Below, piece after piece: positions 23,501 to 35,500 of a DNA stretch of 64,000 nt. The translations under genes were made by a program, and so were the position numbers. Origin of the DNA: Macrostomum lignano. Its lineage: Eukaryota. Location: positions 3,047 to 67,046 of the forward strand of contig NIVC01003972.1 of the NCBI GenBank assembly GCA_002269645.1. Reading direction: 5' to 3'. Every line of letters starts with the position of its first letter. Within the stretch, counting starts at the first letter, position 1. The notes beneath the pieces were generated by a model that saw only the letters and a list, made by a program, of their open reading frames with translations, was not told where the DNA came from and made no database searches.

Positions 23501-26500
23501 AAAGTACTGTCCTTGGGGTCTTCCATGTGTTGTCTTCAGGGGCTTCTATATGATGTCCTCAGGGGCCTCAAGGTGCTGTCAACAAGGGCTCAGATGCTAT
23601 TCTCAGGGCCTCAGATGCTATCTCCATGACCCATCCTGAATCTCCATGACCCATCCTGAATCTCCATGACCAATCCTGAATCTCCATGACCCATCCTGAA
23701 TCTCCATGACCAATCCTGAATCTCCATGACCCATCCTGAATCTCCATGACCAATCCTGAATCTCCATGACCCATCCTGAATCTCCATGACCCATCCTGGA
23801 CCCATCCATGACCCACCCATCCATCTAAAATCAGAGCCCCAGAGACAGCCATGGAGATGAGCAGGTCTCACCCTCGGGAAGATGCTCTCGGCCAGGACGT
23901 GCAGCGGTTCGCTGGAGCCGCTGGACTGAATCTGCAGCTGCTCCTGAAGCAATAACGGGGTGAGAGTTGAGCTGAGACATCTGCAGTTGCTACTTGTTAG
24001 TAGAGTCGTGCGCAAAAACAGTTAATGTTAGTTTCCGCTACCAGAAAGCTTTAACAGAATTGCATAGGGAAAATGTACTTACAGATTTCTGAAAATAATT
24101 ACGACTGAAAACAAAGATTAACACATTTGAAACGGACAGTACATTGAAAACTATTAAATTGGACTGACTTCCAACCAACAAAACTGTTTTCAGTGCTTTA
24201 CAGTCCAGTGTGCTGACAAGTTTGTAAATACGAATACGTTTGAAATGCAAAAATAGAGAGGTCCAACAGGAGACACGAGAGAAGTAGAGGGAGAGAATGG
24301 GAGAGGGAGAGGAGGGGAGAGGAAGAGGAGAGAGAGAAAGGGAAGAGAGGGGGGGAGAGGAAGAGGAGAGAGAGAAAGGGAAGAGAGGGGGGAGAGGAAG
24401 AGGAGAGAGAGAAAGGGAAGAGAGGGGGGAGAGGAAGAGGAGAGAGGAAGAGAAGGTGGTAGGGAAAGAAAGGGGGAGGGACAGAAGGGGAGAGGAAGAG
24501 GGGAGGGAGAGAAGGGGAGGTGCATGAAGGACTAGAATATGAAAATGTGCAGAATATGTGCAGAATATGTTGATAACAGGCATGGTCAGATGGAGGAGGC
24601 GACTACTAAATGTTGCAGCCACAAGCAGGATACTTCCAGAGGCCATAATGACAGACTTCTTAAAATGAATAATGAGCCGTGACAGCTTCCAGTAGAATTT
24701 ATGATTGCTGTGGCCCAAACACAGCAGCTCCATTTCGCAATATTAACCAAAGAGCTGCAAGCAGGCAACAGGAAAAGCGGCTGGCAAAGCTTACAGGCTG
24801 GATGATGCTGCTGTCAAACGATTGCAACGAGGCGACCTGCTAGCGTTGAACAGTTTAAAACAGATCAACTTACAGCATGTGACCTCAGTGCAGTGTGAGC
24901 AGCATGGAACACGAGGAATCAAGCGAACTCAGGCAGAGCTGAGACGTAAATAAAAAATCCGACTTACCAGATTTTTGCTGAGCTTCAAGCTGAACGCATT
25001 CAGCCAGATCAGCGTGTCAAAGTCCAGCCTCAGGTGCAGAGGGCTCAGGTGCGCGTACAGGCAGGGCAAGGGGGCTGCGAGGGACAGAGGGGGAAATACA
25101 TGAAATTCTGTAAAACAGGGTGACCCACTATGAACCAGAGTCCTCAGTCTCAACCCTACAGAGTCCTCAGTCTCAACCCTACAAAGTCCTCAATCTCAGC
25201 CCTACAGAGTCCTCAATCTCAACCCCACAGAGGCACGCGAAGGTGTATTCAGCACGCCAGTGAAGTATGAGACAGACTAGGCCTATGGGCTACGGTCTGC
25301 GATGCTTCACGCCTGCCCCTATCTTTGGCAGGTCAAGGCTGGTGGGAGGTCTGCACCCTCTATTTGCCTCTGGCAGCCGCAGACCCCCCCCCCACGCTGT
25401 CTCGCAAGTCGACCCAGGGTACTCGTCCCCGCGTGTGTTCAAGGCAGACCCTACGGCTGCCGGACAGACTGGGCTCCGGCGCTGGTGACCCAACCAGTGG
25501 CTTCGGCCGAATTTGGGTATGCGGGTCTGGCTCGCCAACCTGCAGGCCGTGGTACTGCTCAACGTACTCTCTAATGCCTAAGGTGTTGACCGTGCCGATG
25601 GGCTGGAAGGCCGGGGAGTAGTCCGGTCGCAAGCGGTCCCCCTCCTGGTGTCGGGCCAGCCTTGAGGGTTCTATTGGCCTACTACCCGGTCAGGTGGAGC
25701 GGCCGGGTGGGTACCGCGCCCCTTTGAGGGTAGCCCACCAACCTTTATCATGGCCTTCGAGCCGACTATGGATAACCAAGCTTTTTCTAGGGACGGGGAC
25801 CCTTCTAAACCCCAACCTCAGTCCGAAGGACCGGCCGGCCCTGCTGGCAGATCCCAACCGACTGATTCAACTGTGGCAAAGGAAGGACCGGCTGGCTCTG
25901 CTGGCAGATCCGACCAGAGCTACCAAACTCAAAATACCCAAAGACCTGCCAGCTCCGCTGGTGGATCTAAGGGAACCGCGAGCTCTGAGCCTAAAGGATC
26001 GGCCAAATCTGGCAGATCCGATGAAGCTCAGCGGGCTCGGCTTGAGCGCAAACGCGCTAAACAACGCGCCAAAAGGCAGGCCAAGAAGGGAGCTGCGGGG
26101 GCCAAAGCGGCGGCGTCCACCATGGATGCTGAAGCGACTGGCGTCCCAAGGCAACCAGACGGGCCGGCCGGTGGAAGCTCCGGTAGTTCAGCGGCAGCGC
26201 TCCCTGGAGATGCTGCTGCGGCTGCTGAGGCCGAAACCACGGCGCAACAAATGGCCACTGCCAACAAGGAGGTTCCTTCGGGAGCTACCTTTGCGGCAAA
26301 GGCCAAGGCCAAAATCCCGGGAGTGATCATCCAAGGTCGCGACCAGGACTGGACCACTGACCAGCTTCAAAAAGTGTGGAGTGCTGTTGACTCCTATCTG
26401 ATTGAGCTGACTGTCGAGGAGGGAATCTCCATCGGCATTGAGCGGATGGTGCTGCGAAGCACATTCGTTCTTATTGCTCCTAGCAGTGAGGAGGACGCTC

Positions 26501-29500
26501 GGCAGCTGCTCCAGCGGCTACCGACGGTCTCCTTGGATGCTGACCTTGGCGGAGCTCTTTTTCTTCGCGAGGGCCAGCGTCCAAAGACGATACCCTATGT
26601 GGTTTTCGTCCCTGCTAAGAGCACCGCAGCTGGACCAGACGTTATCCGCCGGGTCCTACTGCGTCTGAACCCCGACCTCCCTGCTAGTGGACTGGTGTAT
26701 CACCGCCGGGTCCGCAGGGGGGAGACGGGCAACTCAATTGTCCTCGGCCTTTCCAGCACTTGGGCGAGTCGGTACCCTAATGGATCCTCTTTCCAGCTGG
26801 GTGCCCTCAAGCTCAAGATGCGCCGAGGAAAGTCTGCCAAAGGGAAGGCTACTGCCAACCCCGGCATCTCCGGCAAGAGCGGGGCGCAGTCTAAGGCCCA
26901 AGGAAAGGCGCAAGCCAATCCCAAAGCCAAAGCTGCGTCTCGCCCCTCTGCTAGCAGCAGTTCGGCCACCGCGGTAACGGCTCCGGCCAAGCCCCGGGAA
27001 CCGAACCTGCTAGTCGGAGAAGGAGTTGAGGACGAGGCCGGGTCTTCGGAATCCGAGCTCTCCTCGGCCGCCCTGGTGGGGTCTGAAGTCAAAGATGCAG
27101 ATGAGGAAGCTTCCTCCATCCTGTCATCGGAGCCTGAGGACTCTGCTGGGGAGGGGGGGGGCGGTGAGGGTGAGGAGGCCATGGACGTCGACCAACTCCC
27201 ATCTCCCAGTCAAGCCCCAGCGGCCTGGGACGAGGACGATCTGTTGTCCAAGTCTCCTTGATGGCCCTGGGCTCTAGCCAGATATTGCATTTAATACAGT
27301 ATGACTAAGCTCCACGCTGCCAAAGGAGCGACATTCTGTCTGCAAATAAATCTACAGCATTGCGTATCTGCGTCAGTAAATCTGATGAAGATTGCTGAGC
27401 TGTACAGGCCAGGCCTCATCCTGATCCAGGAACCCTGGATGCGCAACGGTAAGTTGCCCAACATTCCCTCTGGCTACTCTGATTTTTATGTGTGTGGCCC
27501 GGGGAACAGCCGCCCTAGAGCGGCTATCCTCGCTGCTAGCCATCTCCAGACTTGGCTGAGGACTGATCTCTCTGATGGAGACCTTTGCGTCATCCAATCT
27601 AATCATCTCTCTCCGCGTACGTGTCTTGTTGCCTCGGTTTATATCCCAGGCGACAGAGACCCTGCTCCCGAGAGTTTACTGCGCCTTGCGCAGTACTGCG
27701 AGTACCAGAACGCTGAGCTGTGCTTAGGGGGCGACCTCAACGCGCACCACAAGCACTGGGGCAGCAAAGATACCAACACTAGAGGAGAGGAGCTTCTGGC
27801 CCTCATCTCTAACACAAACCTCATGCTCTGCAACCGCGGTAGCACTCCTACCTTTAACAATGGCAAATGGACTGAGGTCTTCGACGCCACACTCGTTACC
27901 CCAAGACTCTTTGACAGAGTTGAGGAGTGGAGAGTCTGGTCTGAGGAGCCCTCCCTGTCTGACCACTGCTTTATCGTCTTTAACATCGCGGACACTAAAC
28001 CCAGTCTCCGATCACTTGGAGGCGCAATATCCGCAACACTGATTGGGCGGCCTACAAGGCTGCCCTTGATCTGCACCTGCAGGAACTCACGGACTTACGT
28101 CCGATTGAGACCTGCGAGGATGTGGATCATATGGCTGAGACGCTGACAGGTTGCATTATTGCAGCCTACGAAGCGGCTTATCCTGCTCGCGCCTACAAAG
28201 GCAAGACCTCGGCGCCGTGGTGGAACCCGGAGCTGGGGAAACTCGGGCGGAAGGCCAAAATCCTTCATCGCCGTGCCATGAAGACCGGAAACCCGGAGGA
28301 CATGGAGCTTTTCCGGCAAGCCTCCCGCAATTTCAAATCTGAAGTGCGCAAGGCCAAGGAATGTAAGTGGCGCCAATTCTGCAATGAATTGGATCAAGAC
28401 AGACCTACTTCTAGGCTTGTCAAGGCCCTTATAATGGACAAAATGTCCAAATTAGCCATGATCAAAAAAGATGATGGCTCTCTTACTAAAGACCCTGAAG
28501 AAGTGCTTCAGCATATGCTCAGCACATTCTTCCGAGGGTACCTACTGCTAGACCGGAGCCCAACCATTCGATGGATGGAGCCACCCTAGCGGCGGGCATT
28601 GTCACTGAAGACCTAATCGCTCGTGCGGTCAGAACCTTCAAACCCTTCAAATCTCCTGGACCTGATGGTATCTACCCTGTTCTCCTTCGTGAAGCAGCCA
28701 AGATACCCTCGTTCCTGAGACTCACCCGCAATCTTATGCGGGCCTCTATCCAGCTGGGATACGTTCCCAAATGCTGGACTGAAGCTCGGTTAGTCTTTAT
28801 TCCCAAACCTGGGAAGGGTGACTACCAAAGCGTCAAGGCCTTCCGGCCTATTAGCTTAACGTCAGCAATGCTTAAGCTCACTGAGAGGCTTATTCTCTGG
28901 CGGCTGCTGTCCTGCGAGCTGACAGCGATGCCCCTCAGCAATAATCAGCACGCCTTCCGTACCGGGAGGTCGACTGACAGCGCCCTGCATGCGATTGTCG
29001 AGAAGATTGAAAGGGCGGTACTGGGTGACGGTTACGCCCTGGCTCTCTTTCTTGACATTGTTGGCGCCTTCGACAACGTTATCTTTGAAGCGTTTCAGAG
29101 GGCCCTTCAAAATCGCAAAGCTCATGCTACCCTCATACGGTGGATCATGTACATGATCTCCAACCGTACGGTCACTGCCTAACTTCTTGGGCAAACTGCC
29201 TCCACCAGAGTCTGTAAGGGTGGACCCCAAGGCGGAGTCCTCACCCCGACGCTCTGGAACCTGGTCATGGACGCTCTTCTGGGTGACTCCCGACCCGACC
29301 CCGTCTTCAAAGTCGGGTATGCTGATGACGTCACGGCCATTGTGGCAGGACCGTCTCCCAGCACGCTCAGGGATCTGATGCAGAGCGTTATCCGCAAAGC
29401 AGAATCCTGGGCCAATGACAATGGTCTGGAACTCTCTGAGCCCAAAACCGTTGCCATTATGTTTACCAGCAGGCTACGCTGGAACATACGTCCTCTGCAG

Positions 29501-32500
29501 CTCTACGGCAGAGATATTGCCTTCGCGCACCAGACCAGATGTCTCAGGGTCATACTTGACCACCGGCTCAACTGGTCCTTCCACGTGAAAGCAAAAGCCA
29601 AGCGTGCCTCAGCCATCCTGGCCCAGCTCCGACGAGCACTTGGCACTTCTTGGGGTCTATCCCCAAAGCGGCTTTGGTGGATCTATACTTCCGTAGTTAG
29701 ACCTGCCATTACGTACGCCTCTGTTGTCTGGGTTAGCGCTACCCAGGTCAAAAGCCATGCAGATCTGCTCAACACGATCCAAGGCAGAGCGTGTAGGCTC
29801 ATCTGCAACGCCACCAGGTCCACACCCTTTGCTGGCATGGGGGCCTTCCTTAATCTACCGCCTCTTGACCTCTTCGTCAGGGGCGAGGCGGCTAGAACGA
29901 CGCGGCGTCTAATTGATGCCGGCGTCAAATTCATTTACATGAGAGCACCTGCTAAGCGGAACCTTGTCCCGCATAGCGACCTGTGCCTCAACTTTCTCAA
30001 CGAGTGTCAGGCCAATCGCGTCTTCACCGATGGCATTGCCTCAACGCTCAACCTGAGACAGCGCTACTCCGTAGCTATCGACTCGCGCTATAACATCAAT
30101 GACCAATGGAACCTTGGTGAGCTTCATTGCTACACCGACGGTTCTAAGCAGTCAGCCAACACCGGTTTTGGTGTTGGAATCTTCCTGAATGGGAGGGTCA
30201 TCGCTACCCACGCTCAATACACTGGGGTCAACTCCAGTGTTTTCCAAAATGAAGTTCTGGCCATCAGCTCCTGCACTGCAGAGCTTCTCGCCACTGGCGT
30301 TACTGGTAAGAACATCATTTTCCATTCGGACAGCCAAGCTGCCTTGCACGCCATCAGTGGCTGCAGCACCAACTCTGCTACAGTCCTCGACTGTATCAAA
30401 CTCCTCAACGTGTTGGGTTCCGCCAACAAAATTACCCTTAAGTGGGTTCCGGGGCATGTGGGGATCCGAGGAAATGAGCTGGTTGACACCCTTGCAAAAG
30501 TTGGTGCCTCCGGCTCCTCTCTCGGCCCCGAACCTCTTGTCCCGATTCCTGGCTGTGTCATCGACTCACGCATCAAAGCGTGGATCAGGACTCAGCACCG
30601 CTCGACTTGGGCGAACCGCACGAACTGCAGGCAATCCAGAGGCGCTGTCCCTCAGCCCTCTCACCAGCTCCGGAAGCTCCTATTGCGCCTCTCGCGCAGA
30701 GACATCCGGGCTGCCACCATGACCCTCTCTGGTCACGGCTGCTTCTCCAGGCACCAGTACCTGCAGGGCAACGCCACCAACGCCACCTGTAGTTTCTGCA
30801 ACTCAGGTGACGAAACCGCTGAGCATTTCGTCAGCATCTGTCCCGCCTTCACGCGGGCCAGACTCACTTACCTCGGGCCACACACATCTATTACTGAAGC
30901 GTGCAAACCCGAAAACTTTAATCATCTCATGCGCTACCTTCGGGCCACCCGCAGGGCTGAACTCTCCTTTCCAGAGAGCACTATAACTGCTGGCGACACT
31001 GGGGGACCTCCCTGGGCGGCGCCAACCCTCCGTCCATAGCGACGCGTCGGCCGTTCAGGGATTAGCGGAATGGGCGTTCGCGCCTTCCCGCTGTGTCTCC
31101 CCCGGGACAGCCCTGCAGCTAAGCCAAGTAAGTCAAGTCAACCCTACAGAGTCCTCAGTCTCAACCCCACAGAGTCCTCAATCTCAACTCTACAGAGTCC
31201 TCAATCTCAACCCTACAGAGTCCTCAATCTCAACCCTACAGAGTCCTCAATCTCAACCCTACAGAGTCCTCAATCTCAACCCTACAGAGTCCTCAATCCC
31301 AACCCTACAGAGTCCTCAACCATACAGAGTCCTCAATCTCAACCCTAGAGTCCTCAATCTCAACCCTACAGAGTCCTCAACCCCACAGAGTCCTCAATCT
31401 CAACCCTACAGAGTCCTCAATCTCAACCCTACAGAGTCCTCAATCCCAACCCTACAGAGTCCTCAACCCTACAGAGTCCTCAATCTCAACCCTAGAGTCC
31501 TCAATCCCAACCCTACAGAGTCCTCAACCCTACAGAGTCCTCAATCTCAACCCTAGAGTCCTCAATCCCAACCCTACAGAGTCCTCAACCCTACAGAGTC
31601 CTCAATCTCAACCCTAGAGTCCTCAATCCCAACCCTACAGAGTCCTCAACCCTACAGAGTCCTCAATCTCAACCCTAGAGTCCTCAATCTCAACCCTACA
31701 GTCCTCAATCTCAACCCTACAGAGTCCTCAATCTCAACCCTACAGTCCTCAGACGCGCACACAGTGCTCACCTGCGGCATCCACGGTGGCGGGGTAGAAG
31801 AACTCGGTGAAGTCAACGAAAGCGGTGACGGTGTTCCGGGGCAGCTGCAGCCGGGCCTTGTCCGAAGCCAGGAAAGGCGCCTTGTTGTTCTTGCTGGCGT
31901 CCGTGGAGGTCACGCAGCCCATGCAGAAGTCCTGCAGACTGACCGTCACGCAGCTCTCAATCAGCTGGTCGGTTTGGCAGCCGCCGCCCAGGGCTTCAAC
32001 TCGCTGACAGTGCCACCGGTCGGCCTTCTCGTTCGCCTCGGTGTGCTGCAGCCACCGCTCGCTGCGGCCAGCAGCTGAATTAAATCGTTGATTGATTAAT
32101 TGGCGATTTAATGATGATTGATTGGCGATTTAATGATGATTGATTGGCGATTTAATGATGATTGATTGGCGATTTAATGATGATTGATTGGCGATTTAAT
32201 GATGATTGATTGGCGATTTAATGATGATTGATTGGTGATTTAATGATGATTGATTGGCGATTTAATGATGATTGATTGGCGATTTAATGATGATTGATTG
32301 GCGATTTAATGATGATTGATTGGCGATTTAATGATGATTGATTGGCGATTTAATGATGATTGATTGGCGATTTAATGATGATTGATTGGTGATTTAATGA
32401 TGATTGATAAGTGATTTTATGATGATTGATTGGTGATTTAATGATGATTAATTAATGATTTATTGATGATTGATAAGTGATTTCATTATGATTGATTGGT

Positions 32501-35500
32501 TATTTAATGATGATTGATAAGTGATTTAATGGTGATTGATTGGTGATTGATTAATGATTATTGATCGGTTTCTTCACGATGATTGATTAATGATTATTGA
32601 TCGGTTTCTTCACGATGATTGATTAATGATTTAATGGTGATTGATTGGTGATTTAATGATTATTGATTGGTTATTTAATGATGATTGATAAGTGATTTAA
32701 TGGTGATTGATTGATCCATTCAATTATAATTGACTAATGATTTAAAGAAACAGGCAATTACCGAATGGGTGCATCGGATACAGGTGAAAGCCAATGTTGA
32801 GCAGGGTGAGCTGGATTGCGCCGTTCACTACTGAGCTTTCGCTTAGCTTTGAGTCTGCAAATTTATAATTATAACGCCGGTTAGTGCTGGGGTTCGGACA
32901 GTGGACAGTAGCTAGGGTTCCGGATAGAGGACATTACGAGCGTAGGGCTCGGACAGAGGACAGTAGGGTTCGGAAATAGGACACTAGGGTTCGGACAGGA
33001 CAGTATAGGGCACGGACAGAGGACAATATAGGGCTCGGACAGAGGACAGTATAGGGCTCAGACAGAGACCAGTAGGACTCGGACAGAGACCAGTAGGGCT
33101 CAGACAGAGACCAGTAGGACTCGGACAGAGACCAGTAGGGCTCGGACAGAGACCAGTAGGGCTCGGACAGAGACCAGTAGGGCTCGAACAGAGACCAGTA
33201 GGCCTCGAACAGAGACCAGTAGGGCTCGAACAGAGGACAGGGCTCGAACAGAGAATCAGAAAGTAAGGCTCGGACAGTGAACAATGGACCTCGGACAGAA
33301 GCTACGCACCAGATGAGCTCTCCTCGCAAAAGTGCAGGTCCACCCGGCCAGTGTGCAGGTGGTAGGAGGTCTCAAGGATGTCGAATCGGCGAAACGCCAG
33401 CTCGCTGGAGCTCTCCGAGGAGGCGCCGCTGGCGGCGGACTGGCGCTGCTGCTGCAGCTGCTGGGCCGGAGACAGGGCGGAGGCGTGCGACAGCCGGTGC
33501 TGGCTGGGCACGGACGGCCCCAGCCCCAGGCTCTGCTGGAAGCAGAAATTCAGACGGAACAGAATATTCTCAGGCATCTTAGAGGGGCGATTTGAGGCAA
33601 AGCTCTGTGGCTTTTTGGATCCCAGTGGTTTATTGAGTGACTCTCACAGTGGTTTATTGAGTGACTCTCACAGTGGTATATTGAGTGATTCTCACAGTAG
33701 TATATGGAGCGACTCTCACAGTGGTATATGAGGTGACTCTCACAGTGGTATATGAGGTGATTCTCACAGTGGTATATGAGGTGACTCTCACAGTGGTATA
33801 TGAGGTGATTCTCACAGTGGTATATGAGGTGATTCTCACAGTGGTATATGAGGTGACTCTCACAGTGGTATATGGAGTGATTCTCACAGTGGTATATGAG
33901 GTGATTCTCACAGTGGTATATGGAGTGATTCTCACAGTGGTATATGAGGTGATTCTCACAGTGGTATATGGAGCGACTCTCACAGTGGTATATGAGGTGA
34001 TTCTCACAGTGGTATATGGAGTGATTCTCACAGTGGTATATGGAGTGATTCTCACAGTGGTATATGAGGTGATTCTCACAGTGGTATATGGAGTGATTCT
34101 CACAGTGGTATATGAGGTGATTCTCACAGTGGTATATGAGGTGATTCTCACAGTGGTATATGGAGTGATTCTCACAGTGGTATATGGAGCGACTCTCACA
34201 GTGGTATATGAGGTGATTCTCACAGTGGTATATGGAGTGATTCCTCAATCTGCCTTCACTCAAAGCCAGTCTCATCGCGTTAGTTTACGCACCTCCAGCT
34301 TCTTCTTAGCCAGCTGCTTGGATTGCTGCTTTGATTTCTCCACGCTTTTCTGCAGCGACTTAACGAACATTACGGTAGCCTCCAGCTGCGAGACAGTCAG
34401 CACCCACAGCAGGTCGTCCAACAACAGTTCGAGACGGGAGGCCACGATGCGCGAGTCTGGGGAAATGGCGCCAAGATTTTTACACTTGCAAAGCCTTTCA
34501 GATATGAATTCCAGGCTTCCCGCACCGCTTAGAAAAATATCTTAAGAATTGTTCGATGGAGCCGTCTGTGAGCACGATTAGAAGAGAGGGGGTTCCAGAG
34601 AGGCGGCAGGGAATCAGAAATGGGCAGCAGATAAAAGAGTGGCTTAGGGAAATAATTACAAGGAGGATAGAGAGAGAGACGGGAGGTGGGGGCAGGGGGC
34701 AGAGATGGTGAGGGGAACGAGGGAGGGATGGGAGGTGAGGGTGAGAGGGAGAGGGGAAAGAGGAGGGATGAGGGTGAGGTGAAAGGGGAGAGGGAGGGAG
34801 GAAGAGGTGAAGAAAGAGGAAAGGGGAGAGGGGGGAGAGGGAAGGAGGTGTGAGGGGAGGGTACAGGGGAGAGGGATAGGCCAAGGGATGAGAGGGCAAG
34901 GAAGAGAGGGCAGGGAAGAGGGCAGGAATGAGAGGGCAGGGAAGAGAGGGCAGGGAAGAGGGCAAGGAAGAGAGGGCAGTGAAGAGGGCAGTGAAGAGGG
35001 CAGTGAAGAGGGCAGGGAAGAGAGGGCAGGGAAGAGGGCAAGGAAGAGAGGGCAGTGAAGAGGGCAGGAATGAGAGGGCAGGGAAGAGAGGGCAGGGAAG
35101 AGGGCAAGGAAGAGAGGGCAGGGAAGAGGGCAGGAATGAGAGGGCAGGGAAGAGAGGGCAGGGAAGAGGGCAAGGAAGAGAGGGCAGTGAAGAGGGCAGT
35201 GAAGAGGGCAGTGAAGAGGGCAGGGAAGAGGGCAGGGAAGAGAGGGCAAGGAAGAGAGGGCAGTGAAGAGGGCAGTGAAGAGGGCAGGGAAGAGGGCAGT
35301 GAAGAGGGCAGTGAAGAGGGCAGGGAAGAGAGGGCAGGGATGAGAGGGCAGGGATGAGAGGGCAGGGATGAGGGCAAGGAAGAGAGGGCAGTGAAGAGGG
35401 CAGTGAAGAGGGCAGGGAAGAGGGCAGGGAAGAGAGGGCAGGGAAGAGGGCAAGGAAGAGAGGGCAGTGAAGAGGGCAGTGAAGAGGGCAGTGAAGAGGG

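Larger units (their letters stand above)
25233..31139 (+). mobile_element. Full-length non-LTR retrotransposon with RNase H (LOA/R1-like), antisense in BLTP3 intron 7
   Basis: ~520-bp 5' UTR, ORF1, ORF2 (APE-RT-RNase H-CCHC), short 3' UTR ending AAGCCAAGTAAGTCAAGTC. Candidate TSD AACCCCACAGAG / AACCCTACAGAG. Confidence 0.92.
25135..31750. repeat. 23-bp minisatellite split by the LINE (25135-25232 and 31140-31750)
   Basis: Unit ACAGAGTCCTCAATCTCAACCCT on both sides of the insertion. Confidence 0.93.

Noticed and set aside
25233-25560. HDV-like ribozyme in the LINE 5' UTR
   Set aside because: TCCCCGC resembles an L3 loop, but I could not build the P3 and P1 pairings around it by hand.
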